IMG/VR virus record: IMGVR_UViG_3300006737_000017
Coordinates: 74,300-138,299 of that record
DNA length: 64,000 nucleotides
Reading direction: 5' to 3' (one strand)
From: a virus
The translations under genes were made by a program, and so were the position numbers. Shown here one piece after another: positions 40,436 through 49,248 of this stretch (the stretch's first letter is position 1; every line of letters starts with the position of its first letter). The notes beneath the pieces were generated by a model that was given only the letters and a program-made list of their open reading frames with translations, did not search any database and was not told the origin of the DNA.

Positions 40436-42004
40436 ATGGCACAAAATCTAAAACAAATAATAGCTTCCGAGTATAAAAAGTGCGCTTCTGATCCAATGCA
40501 CTTTATGAGAAAGTATGGGTATATACAACATCCAACTAGAGGAAAAATATTATTTGATTTATACCCGTTTCAAGAAAAATCTTTAGATCAAATTTCTAAA
40601 CATGATTATAGTATTATATTAAAATCTAGGCAACTTGGTATATCAACATTAACTGCTGGATATGCACTATGGTGTATGTTATTTAATGAAGACTTTAACG
40701 TTTTAGTAATTGCAACAAAACAAGACGTAGCAAAGAACCTTGTAACAAAAGTTAGAGTTATGCATCAATATTTACCATCATGGTTAAAAGGTAAAGTTTC
40801 AGAAGATAATAAGCTTTCATTAAGATTGCAAAATGGATCACAGATAAAAGCAATATCTTCATCTCCAGATGCAGGTAGATCAGAAGCACTATCATTATTA
40901 GTAATGGATGAAGCTGCATTCATAGATCACATAGATGAAATATGGGCATCTTCTCAACAAACATTAGCAACTGGTGGTAAATGTATTGCTTTATCAACTC
41001 CTAATGGTATGGGTAATTGGTTTCATAAACAATGGGTAAAAGCTGAGAATGGTGAAAATGCTTTTCAAACTATAAGGCTTCACTGGACAGTACACCCAGA
41101 AAGAGATCAAGCTTGGAGAGACGATCAAAATGAATTACTAGGAGCAGCAATGGCAGCACAAGAATGTGATTGTGATTTCCTATCTTCAGGTAATTCAGTA
41201 ATATCTGGTGAACTATTACAATGGTATAAAGAAAGTATGTGCCAAGATCCATTAGAGCAAAGAGGTCCAAATGGTGAATTTTGGATATGGGAATACCCTG
41301 ATTACTCTAGAGATTATATGATAGTAGCCGATGTTGCTCGTGGAGACGGTGGAGACTTTTCAACATTTCATATAATAGATGTAGAAACTGTAACACAAGT
41401 TGCAGAGTATAAAGGTCAACCTGGTACTAAAGAATTTGGTAATATGTTAGTAAATGTAGCAACTGAATACAATGAAGCTTTATTAGTTATAGAGAATGCA
41501 AACGTTGGATGGGCAGCTTTACAACCTGCAATAGATAGAGGCTATAGAAATTTATATTATACATATAAACATGAAGGAGTATCAGATCCAGCAACACAAT
41601 TAACAAAAGGTTATGATATGAAAGACCGGTCACAAATGACTCCTGGGTTTACAACATCATCTAGGACAAGACCGCTTTTGGTATCAAAACTTGATATTTA
41701 TTTTAGAGAGAAGTCCTGTACTGTGAAGTCAAAAAGACTAGTAGATGAACTAACTGTTTTTGTATGGAATGGTAATAGGCCAGAAGCACAAAGAGGCTAT
41801 AACGATGACCTTGTAATGGCTTTTGCAATTTCTTTATTTGTTAGAGATCATGCATTGAAACTAAGAAATGAAGGAATAGAGTTAAATAGATTGGCACTAA
41901 ATAACTTTAATAGAACTAGTGGCATATATAATAATACTCCTCAACAGAGCGAATGGACAATGAACAATGGTCGCGAAGAAGAGGACTTAACTTGGCTTTT
42001 ATAA
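40436..42004 (+). CDS. terL: Terminase large subunit (gp17-like)
   Basis: LYPFQ, KSRQLGIST, VMDEAAF, STPNG, ADVARG and DDLVMA motifs. Confidence 0.95.
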   Translation: MAQNLKQIIASEYKKCASDPMHFMRKYGYIQHPTRGKILFDLYPFQEKSLDQISKHDYSIILKSRQLGISTLTAGYALWCMLFNEDFNVLVIATKQDVAKNLVTKVRVMHQYLPSWLKGKVSEDNKLSLRLQNGSQIKAISSSPDAGRSEALSLLVMDEAAFIDHIDEIWASSQQTLATGGKCIALSTPNGMGNWFHKQWVKAENGENAFQTIRLHWTVHPERDQAWRDDQNELLGAAMAAQECDCDFLSSGNSVISGELLQWYKESMCQDPLEQRGPNGEFWIWEYPDYSRDYMIVADVARGDGGDFSTFHIIDVETVTQVAEYKGQPGTKEFGNMLVNVATEYNEALLVIENANVGWAALQPAIDRGYRNLYYTYKHEGVSDPATQLTKGYDMKDRSQMTPGFTTSSRTRPLLVSKLDIYFREKSCTVKSKRLVDELTVFVWNGNRPEAQRGYNDDLVMAFAISLFVRDHALKLRNEGIELNRLALNNFNRTSGIYNNTPQQSEWTMNNGREEEDLTWLL

Positions 42005-42019
42005 AGGGTTAGAAATAAA

Positions 42020-43834
42020 ATGGAAAACAATACATTTTTTAATAGATTAAGAGGGTTATTTTCAACTAATACTATTGTCCGTAGGATTGGCAATAATAAA
42101 CTAAAGGTTATAGATGTAAATAAAGCCCAAGCAAAAGAAAAACTTTCAACAAACAGATTAATAGATAGGTTTAGTAAACTGCATTCTACAATGGGAGCAG
42201 TTAATCCAGCTAATGATCCAAACTTTCACACGTTAAAATTACAACTATATGGTGATTATGAAATAATGGATGAAGATTCAATTATATCAGCAGCATTAGA
42301 TATCTATGCAGATGAATCTACTTTAAGAGATGAGTTTGGTGATGTACTAACTATCAACAGTAAAAATGAAGAAGTGAAAAAAATTCTTCACAATTTATTT
42401 TACGATATAATAAATATTGAATTTAACTTATGGCCATGGGTTCGTAACATGTGTAAATATGGAGACTTCTATTTGAAGTTGGATATTGCTGAAAAGATGG
42501 GTATAATTGGTGTAACTCCTATATCTAGTTATGAAATGTATAGGCATGAAAATTTTGACCCTAACAATCCGGAGCTAGTACAATTTGTACAAGATGCTTC
42601 GATGGGTGGACAATCTGGTTACAATTCTAAAGTTGCTAAAGTAGAATATGATAATTATGAAATAGCTCACTTTAGATTATTATCAGATACAAACTTTTTA
42701 CCTTATGGTAAATCTATGATTGAGCCATCAAGAAAGTGTTGGAAACAACTAACTCTTATGGAAGATGCAATGATGATCCATAGAATTATGAGAGCACCAG
42801 AAAAAAGAATATTCAAAGTTGATATAGGTAATATACCTCCAGCAGAAGTAGATACATATATGCAAAGAGTTATAAATAAATCAAAGAAAACTCCTTATGT
42901 AGATACTAAAACTGGACAATACGATTTGAAATATAATATGAATAATATGATGGAAGATTTCTATTTACCTGTAAGAGGTGGTCAATCTGGTACAGAAATA
43001 GATACACTTTCGGGTATGGAATGGACAGGTATCGATGACGTTAATTATCTAAAAGAAAGAATGTTTGCTGCATTGAAAATACCTAAAGCTTTTATTGGGT
43101 ATGAAGAAGGCGTAGAAGGTAAAGCAACTCTTGCAGCACAAGACGTTAGGTTTGCAAGAACGATAGAAAGAATACAAAGAATATTAGTTTCAGAGCTTAC
43201 AAAAATAGCAATTGTACATTTATATTCTCAAGGGTATAACGATGAAGATCTAGCAGATTTCGATTTGCAATTAACAAACCCTTCTACGATTTATCAACAA
43301 GAACAAATTGAATTATGGAATAGTAAAATACAATTAGCTAGAGAAATAAAAGATACTCAAATACTTTCAGAAGATTGGGTTTATAAAAATGTATTCGAAT
43401 TATCTGATGAAGATATTCAATCCGAAAGGGAAAAAGTAATTGCAGATGCTAAAGAAAGATTTAGAAAAATGCAATTAGAACAAGAAGGTAATGATCCATC
43501 CGTTTCTAAAGAATCACTTGGTACACCACATGCTCTTGCAATGGTAGATCAAGAAGAAGAAAGAGAACCTGGAGATGCAAATGCTTTTGAAATAAAAGGC
43601 AAAGTAGGCAGACCAGATGAAGGACCAAAATCAGGCCAACAAGATTCTGCAAGAGGAAGAGATCCTCTTGGTAAGGAAATTAGAAATAGAGAAGGTAAAT
43701 TAAGTAATAATGTTAGAAGAAGAACAAACGCTTTGAAAAGAGAGTCAAATCTTTCTATAGCAAAAAATTTATTTAATAAAAGCAAAAACACTTCTATATT
43801 GAATGAAAACAGTCTATTAGATGATAACATTTAA
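42020..43834 (+). CDS. Portal protein (gp20-like)
   Basis: LMEDAMMIHRIMRAPEKRIFKVDIGN, EDFYLPVRGG..TEIDTL. Confidence 0.95.
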   Translation: MENNTFFNRLRGLFSTNTIVRRIGNNKLKVIDVNKAQAKEKLSTNRLIDRFSKLHSTMGAVNPANDPNFHTLKLQLYGDYEIMDEDSIISAALDIYADESTLRDEFGDVLTINSKNEEVKKILHNLFYDIINIEFNLWPWVRNMCKYGDFYLKLDIAEKMGIIGVTPISSYEMYRHENFDPNNPELVQFVQDASMGGQSGYNSKVAKVEYDNYEIAHFRLLSDTNFLPYGKSMIEPSRKCWKQLTLMEDAMMIHRIMRAPEKRIFKVDIGNIPPAEVDTYMQRVINKSKKTPYVDTKTGQYDLKYNMNNMMEDFYLPVRGGQSGTEIDTLSGMEWTGIDDVNYLKERMFAALKIPKAFIGYEEGVEGKATLAAQDVRFARTIERIQRILVSELTKIAIVHLYSQGYNDEDLADFDLQLTNPSTIYQQEQIELWNSKIQLAREIKDTQILSEDWVYKNVFELSDEDIQSEREKVIADAKERFRKMQLEQEGNDPSVSKESLGTPHALAMVDQEEEREPGDANAFEIKGKVGRPDEGPKSGQQDSARGRDPLGKEIRNREGKLSNNVRRRTNALKRESNLSIAKNLFNKSKNTSILNENSLLDDNI

Positions 43835-43870
43835 TAGTTATATGATATTTATAAGAAATAGGCAGAGAAG

Positions 43871-44731
43871 ATGAAATATAAAAAATTGAAACACTCTAAA
43901 TTCAAAAATACAGGTGTATTGTTTGAACTACTGGTAAGACAAATTACTAGTGACACTTTGAACGGTGTAAAGAAATCTCCTGCTATAAAAATATTAGAAA
44001 CGCATTTTAATTCTAAAACTAATATTAGAAAAGAAATACAAATGTATCATACTTTGCAAAATCAAAAGTTTAATACAGAAGATAAAGCTAATAGATTTAT
44101 AGATGCAGTTATAAGAGAATATGCTAAAATTAATAGAACAGCATTAAGAAAAGAGAAATATAATTTGATTAAAGAAATAAAGCTAAATTATAATCTAGAA
44201 GCTTTTTTCAAAACTAAAATTTCAAATTATAAAATGAATGCATCTATTGCTAAAACTTTAGATAAAGATTATGTAAACCCAGCAGATAAGGTAAGATCAA
44301 GATATACTATCATAGAATCTATAACTGGTAAATCTTCAGAAGTTGGAAAACAAAAAGCAACTGTCTTAAAAGAATTTTCACAAGGCGATAAAGATCTAAG
44401 GATATTATCTTATAATATATTGCTAGAAAAGTTCAATGCTAAATATGGAAAACTTAGTATTTCGCAAAAGAGATTGTTAAAAGAATATATTAATAATGTT
44501 TCAAATACTGAGAGGTTAAAGAAATATGCAGACTCTGAAGTTATAAAGCTTGCAAATAGCTTAAGTAAATGTGAAACAAGGGTTAATGATAAAATTGTAA
44601 AAATAAAAATAGCTGAAGTAAAAACGCAATTGTTAAAAATACAAGGCGAAAAGAAAATAAAAGATTTACATCTAGTTTCTTTGCTTCGTTCTTATGATTT
44701 AATAAAGGAGTTGAAAAATGTCTCTAAATAA
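43871..44731 (+). CDS. Hypothetical head-module protein
   Basis: Basic helical ORF between portal and protease; late motif at 43844-43853. Confidence 0.7.
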   Translation: MKYKKLKHSKFKNTGVLFELLVRQITSDTLNGVKKSPAIKILETHFNSKTNIRKEIQMYHTLQNQKFNTEDKANRFIDAVIREYAKINRTALRKEKYNLIKEIKLNYNLEAFFKTKISNYKMNASIAKTLDKDYVNPADKVRSRYTIIESITGKSSEVGKQKATVLKEFSQGDKDLRILSYNILLEKFNAKYGKLSISQKRLLKEYINNVSNTERLKKYADSEVIKLANSLSKCETRVNDKIVKIKIAEVKTQLLKIQGEKKIKDLHLVSLLRSYDLIKELKNVSK

Positions 44732-45164
44732 AAAATTGAAAGAATTAGAAGATAAATTCAAAGAGGAAGAAATAGAAGAAGCAAACACAACTGCAGATGC
44801 AGGAGGTGAATACAATACAAAATATGCTTTTGGCAAAAAGAAAAAGAAAGACTTAGAAGTTGGCGGTTATAAGAAAGTTAAAGAGTCTAAGTTTATGACT
44901 TTAGCAAAAGCAACTTTGATGAATGAAGTATCTTATAAAGAATATAAGAAAGACGAATCAGCAACTTCAAAACAAAAAGTAAATAGAGCTATAAAAGAAA
45001 TTAATAGTAAGCTATATAAAATTGAACATATAGTCAACCAGAATATAAAATTAAAATCTGAATCGGGAGTAGATGAATCTAAATATTGGAAATCTACTAG
45101 AAGTAATCTTGCAAAGATATCAGAGAAAATGAATAGAATATCAAATAGGTTAAGAAGATTTTAA
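44718..45164 (+). CDS. Hypothetical head-module protein
   Basis: 148 aa, overlapping operon arrangement. Confidence 0.7.
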   Translation: MSLNKKLKELEDKFKEEEIEEANTTADAGGEYNTKYAFGKKKKKDLEVGGYKKVKESKFMTLAKATLMNEVSYKEYKKDESATSKQKVNRAIKEINSKLYKIEHIVNQNIKLKSESGVDESKYWKSTRSNLAKISEKMNRISNRLRRF

Positions 45165-45301
45165 TGAAAAAGAAAAAGACTATATTAAAAGAAAAACTAG
45201 AAAAAGAAGATCTAGCAAGAATACGAAAAATAATTCGTTCTGAAATTGCTGAACTGTTTTTTGATTTATATAGAAAAAGAACCGTTTGGAGCAAGCAATG
45301 A
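45164..45301 (+). CDS. 45-aa hypothetical protein (absent from the ORF track)
   Basis: MKKKKTILKEKLEKEDLARIRKIIRSEIAELFFDLYRKRTVWSKQ; TAATG and ATGA overlaps at its two ends. Confidence 0.7.
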   Translation: MKKKKTILKEKLEKEDLARIRKIIRSEIAELFFDLYRKRTVWSKQ

Positions 45302-45930
45302 AAAATATTTTAATAGATACTATACCATTTAATGTAAGCCCAGAACTGATCAAAGAATCAGAAGAAAAAAATAACGGAAGAGTTATTGTTACTGGTGTTC
45401 TACAAAGAGCTGGAGCTAAAAATCAAAATGGTAGAATTTATCCAAAAGAAATTTTAGTTAGAGAAGCTGAAAAATATGCAAAGACTGAAATAGCAGAAAG
45501 AAGAGCTTTAGGCGAATTAGATCACCCAGATTCTTCTGTTGTTAATTTGCAAAATGCTTCACACAATATAAATAAGATATGGTGGAAAGACAACGATTTA
45601 ATGGGACAAGTAGAAGTACTTGGAACTCCTTCTGGTAATATACTAAAGGAATTGTTAAAAGCTAATATAAAATTGGGAATATCTTCTAGAGGTATGGGAT
45701 CCGTTAAACAATTATCCGAAGATGGCACATTAGAAGTACAAGGCGATTTTGAATTAGTTTGTTGGGATTTTGTAAGTAACCCTTCAACTCATGGAGCTTT
45801 TATGCATCCAGTAAACGAATCTGTTACAAAAACTATTGTAAATAATAAATACGAAAAAGTAAACTCTATAATAAACGAAATACTTTGCGACTTAACATGC
45901 AAATGTTCTTTACCTAGAAGGAGAAAATAA
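45298..45930 (+). CDS. Prohead protease (gp21-like)
   Basis: KNQNGRIYP, ALGELDHP, LGISSRGMGS, WDFVSNPS. ATG 45298 preferred as start. Confidence 0.95.
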   Translation: MKNILIDTIPFNVSPELIKESEEKNNGRVIVTGVLQRAGAKNQNGRIYPKEILVREAEKYAKTEIAERRALGELDHPDSSVVNLQNASHNINKIWWKDNDLMGQVEVLGTPSGNILKELLKANIKLGISSRGMGSVKQLSEDGTLEVQGDFELVCWDFVSNPSTHGAFMHPVNESVTKTIVNNKYEKVNSIINEILCDLTCKCSLPRRRK

Positions 45931-46652
45931 TGAAATTAAAAAGAATACTAAAAGAAAATGAAGAAGCTCAAGCTAAGTCTTTAACAAGAGAACAGAAAAG
46001 AGCTATTATCGATTCAGTTTCTAAATTCAATGAATACGGTAAATCTGTATACAGAGAATCAGATATTAAAGAAATGGTTAAAACAATAAAAGAGCTTTCA
46101 GCAAATGCTTCTGAATTAGCTGTAAACGAAGCTGGTGATTGGTTTGATGGTATCTCCGTAAAAAGAGATATGAAAGAAGTAAACGCTTCGGTTAGTTTAT
46201 TTGAAAAGACTGCAAATGAAATAGCAACACTTCAACAAAGACTAGAATCTGTATTTGAAGATGTAGGTCATAAGCTTGGTAAATATTACGAAATCAAAGA
46301 AGAACTAGATAAGATAGACGATAAAGAAGCTGAAACTGATTATGACGACCTCGAAGATAAAGACATAGATAACGACGGAGACACAGATGATTCAGATGAG
46401 TACTTACATCACAAACTAGGAGTTGTAGCAAAGAAAACTGAAGGTATATCTTTAAGCAAATTGAAAAATGAAGCTGCTCCTAAAATGAGAAAGAATCCAG
46501 AAGCTGAAAAAATTGACAAAATATATAAAGCAGCATATCTTCTAAGAAAAGGTGGAGCTGGTAATAGATATGGAAAAGAATTTGAATCTGCTAAAAAGAA
46601 AGCACTTAAAGCTTTAGCAGATATGTATAAATATTCAAAGATAGGAGTGTAA
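45930..46652 (+). CDS. Putative prohead core/internal protein with DxDxDG motif
   Basis: MKLKRILKE leader; DKDIDNDGDTDDSDEYL. Confidence 0.6.
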   Translation: MKLKRILKENEEAQAKSLTREQKRAIIDSVSKFNEYGKSVYRESDIKEMVKTIKELSANASELAVNEAGDWFDGISVKRDMKEVNASVSLFEKTANEIATLQQRLESVFEDVGHKLGKYYEIKEELDKIDDKEAETDYDDLEDKDIDNDGDTDDSDEYLHHKLGVVAKKTEGISLSKLKNEAAPKMRKNPEAEKIDKIYKAAYLLRKGGAGNRYGKEFESAKKKALKALADMYKYSKIGV

Positions 46653-46654
46653 CA

Positions 46655-47611
46655 ATGAATTCTGAAACAATTAGAAAAATAATTAAAGAAGAATTACAAG
46701 CTCTTCTACTAACAGAAAAATTTCAATCTAAAAAGCTTACAAATTTATACTCTTTACTTTCAGCTGAAAGATGGTCTGGAGGAAAAAAGATATTTGATAA
46801 AATAGCTAGAGCTAAATCTTTTGATTGGGCAAATACACCGGACTCTGCAGTTAAGAAAGCAACATCTGGTAATGCAGATGCTAATACCTTAAATATATTT
46901 GTAGTAACTAAGGCAAAGCAAAATACTAGAGATAGAAGCTACGGTTATAATACTGTTAGGCCTGGTTTACTTGGTATGACTTTAGGAAAGAAAGTATTAG
47001 GTGGTAATGGTAACATAGTTTCTAAAAGAGGCGATAGAGCTGGAGAAGATTATACTAAGAAAGGTATTCATAACTTCAAAGCTTTCAATGAATTTTCAGA
47101 CGAAGTTTATCAAATAAACATAGTTGGCATTCCAAGCTCAGCTGATGTTCAAAAATCAAGAGCAGAAGCAAAAGATGGTGCAGCTGCTTTAATGACAGCA
47201 AGAGATGTACTAAGAAAGAATAAACAAAGATATCAAGATGCTTTAACTATGAAAGCTGGAGAAGGCGGTTGGAAATCAGCAAGAGATATGGTAAAAAGAG
47301 CAACAGATATATTTACAAATGCAATTGGTAATCACACTAAAATGTTATCTAATGGTATGTACATGAATACATGGAATAACGAATATGGTAATGCTTCAAA
47401 TTTATATAGTAGCATAATGGATAAATTCAAAAGATTCCAAGAGCAAAACAAATCTGCTATGAAATATAAAGCTGATGGAAGAGAAATGAAATATCATACA
47501 GATAGAATGGCTGGAACATTAAAAGACATGCAAGATTTATTCAAAGATTTTGCTAAAAGAATGAAACAATTGGAAAATGCTAAACCAGAAAAAATCAAAG
47601 CAGGTTGGTAA
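46655..47611 (+). CDS. Putative head-internal protein
   Basis: IRKIIKEELQALLLTE leader; basic. Confidence 0.6.
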   Translation: MNSETIRKIIKEELQALLLTEKFQSKKLTNLYSLLSAERWSGGKKIFDKIARAKSFDWANTPDSAVKKATSGNADANTLNIFVVTKAKQNTRDRSYGYNTVRPGLLGMTLGKKVLGGNGNIVSKRGDRAGEDYTKKGIHNFKAFNEFSDEVYQINIVGIPSSADVQKSRAEAKDGAAALMTARDVLRKNKQRYQDALTMKAGEGGWKSARDMVKRATDIFTNAIGNHTKMLSNGMYMNTWNNEYGNASNLYSSIMDKFKRFQEQNKSAMKYKADGREMKYHTDRMAGTLKDMQDLFKDFAKRMKQLENAKPEKIKAGW

Positions 47612-47640
47612 TAAAAAATAATCATCGCTCTCAATAAAAA

Positions 47641-47675
47641 AGTTGGCTTATTCTTTGGATAAGTCAATTTTTTTT
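47641..47675 (+). terminator. Intrinsic terminator overlapping the bS21 promoter
   Basis: AGTTGGCTTATTC-TTT-GGATAAGTCAATT stem (with G-U pairs) followed by a T-run. Confidence 0.75.
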
Positions 47676-47686
47676 GTTATATTAGT
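47653..47686 (+). promoter_or_regulatory. Host-RNAP-type promoter, copy 3
   Basis: TTTGGATAAGTC...TTATATT with the same spacing as copies at 639 and 19391. Confidence 0.7.
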
Positions 47687-47721
47687 ACTAATAATATTAA
47701 TTCACTAAAAACAATAATACT

Positions 47722-48057
47722 ATGGGTAAATTTATTCCTAAAGACAGGTCTGGTAAGCCTATTAAAAATTACCGCAAAAGACACGAATTTATAATGCCGG
47801 GAGTTCCATCTGGAGTCAAAGTTCCAGGGACATCGTCTGGAGATGTAGAAAAAGCTCTTAAAATATTTAAGAGACAAATGAAAGACAGCGGAACATTAGA
47901 AGAATTAAGAGATAGAAGATATTTCATTAAGGAATCTAAGAAAAGAGTTATACAAAAAGAAAAAGCAGTAAGAGCTCAACAAAAGCATGACAGATGGAGA
48001 AAAGCTCATGATAAAAATCACATCTGGACTGCAATAATAGACGGCAAGGCGCAATAA
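47722..48057 (+). CDS. rpsU: Phage-encoded 30S ribosomal protein bS21 with N- and C-terminal extensions
   Basis: VKV....DVEKALKIFKRQMKDSGTLEELRDRRYFIKESKKR fits the bS21 core. Confidence 0.85.
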   Translation: MGKFIPKDRSGKPIKNYRKRHEFIMPGVPSGVKVPGTSSGDVEKALKIFKRQMKDSGTLEELRDRRYFIKESKKRVIQKEKAVRAQQKHDRWRKAHDKNHIWTAIIDGKAQ

Positions 48058-48075
48058 TAACCATTTAAGGCATCT

Positions 48076-48123
48076 AATTTAGGTAATATATAAAAATATT
48101 GCCTAAATTGTTGCGGTTTTTTT
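48076..48123 (+). terminator. Hairpin/terminator after bS21
   Basis: AATTTAGGTAATAT-ATAAAA-ATATTGCCTAAATT, then GTTGCGG and a T-run. Confidence 0.65.
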
Positions 48124-48143
48124 AGTCTTTTCATATATTCCTA

Positions 48144-48273
48144 TATATTTATATTCACAAACGATATACAAAAATGCGTTATCTATTCTAATATAATGCA
48201 GTATATGAAAAACAATCGATATTAAGGTTCATAATAACCTTACTTCCAAATTACATATTAAAGGAGAGAAATA
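48144..48273 (+). promoter_or_regulatory. Late promoter plus structured leader of the scaffold/capsid operon
   Basis: TATTTATA at 48146-48153; stems ATATAC/GTATAT, TGCGTTAT/ATAATGCA and TAAGGTT/AACCTTA. Confidence 0.55.
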
Positions 48274-49209
48274 ATGTCAAAAGACTTATTGAAAGAAGCT
48301 ATTGCTGACGCGAAGGCTGTTAGAGAAACTGCAATTGCAAACGCAAAATTAGCTTTAGAAGAAGCTTTTACTCCAAAACTACAATCTATGCTATCTGCAA
48401 AGATACAGGAAGAAGAAGAATTAGAGGAAACTGAATTAGCTGACGAAGATACTGCACCGAATGCAGAGGAAATGGCAATGGCTGATGAAACAACTGATTT
48501 AGCTGCTGAAAATGATGAAACAGAAGAAGCAGCAGAACCTGCAGAAGAGATGGCTTATGGTGAAGGTGAAGAAGTAGAAGAAGGTGAAGACACTGAGGAA
48601 GGTATCAAAGAAGACGAAGAAGTTGAAGAAACTGAAGACGTTGAAGAAGATGCTGAACTAGAAGAAATCATCAAAGAATTAGAGGAAGAGGATGACGAAG
48701 TATCAGAAGAAGAAACTATGGACGAAGCTGAAGATGTTGAAGAAGCTGAAGAAGTAGAAGAAGACGAAGATATGGACGAAAGCCTAGACCTTGACGAAGT
48801 AATTAAATCATTACAAGAAGAAGAAATGGAAGAAGAAGAAGTTGAAGAAGTTGATGAACTTGAAGAAGCATATAAGACTATTAGATCTTTGAAAGCTACA
48901 ATCAATGAAGTTAATTTGCTTAATGCAAAACTTTTATTTTCTAACAAATTATTCAGAAGTAACGACTTAAATGAATCGCAAAAAATGAAAGTAATCGAAA
49001 CTTTCGATAGAGCAGGTTCTGTAAGAGAAGTTAAATTAGTTTATACTACTTTAGCTGAATCATTAACAGCATATACTCCATCAAGAAAGAAAAGAGTAAC
49101 TGAAGGCTTTGCATCAAAAACTTCTAAATCGACTGCACCTAAGAAAGGTGTTATAGTTGAAAGTAATGACTTTGCTAATAGAATGAAAAAATTAGCTGGT
49201 CTATTGTAA
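48274..49209 (+). CDS. Prohead scaffold/core protein
   Basis: Very Glu-rich centre with helical ends; immediately upstream of the major capsid gene. Confidence 0.8.
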   Translation: MSKDLLKEAIADAKAVRETAIANAKLALEEAFTPKLQSMLSAKIQEEEELEETELADEDTAPNAEEMAMADETTDLAAENDETEEAAEPAEEMAYGEGEEVEEGEDTEEGIKEDEEVEETEDVEEDAELEEIIKELEEEDDEVSEEETMDEAEDVEEAEEVEEDEDMDESLDLDEVIKSLQEEEMEEEEVEEVDELEEAYKTIRSLKATINEVNLLNAKLLFSNKLFRSNDLNESQKMKVIETFDRAGSVREVKLVYTTLAESLTAYTPSRKKRVTEGFASKTSKSTAPKKGVIVESNDFANRMKKLAGLL

Positions 49210-49248
49210 AACGAATTAATAATTTTAGAAATTAATAGGAGACAAAAA

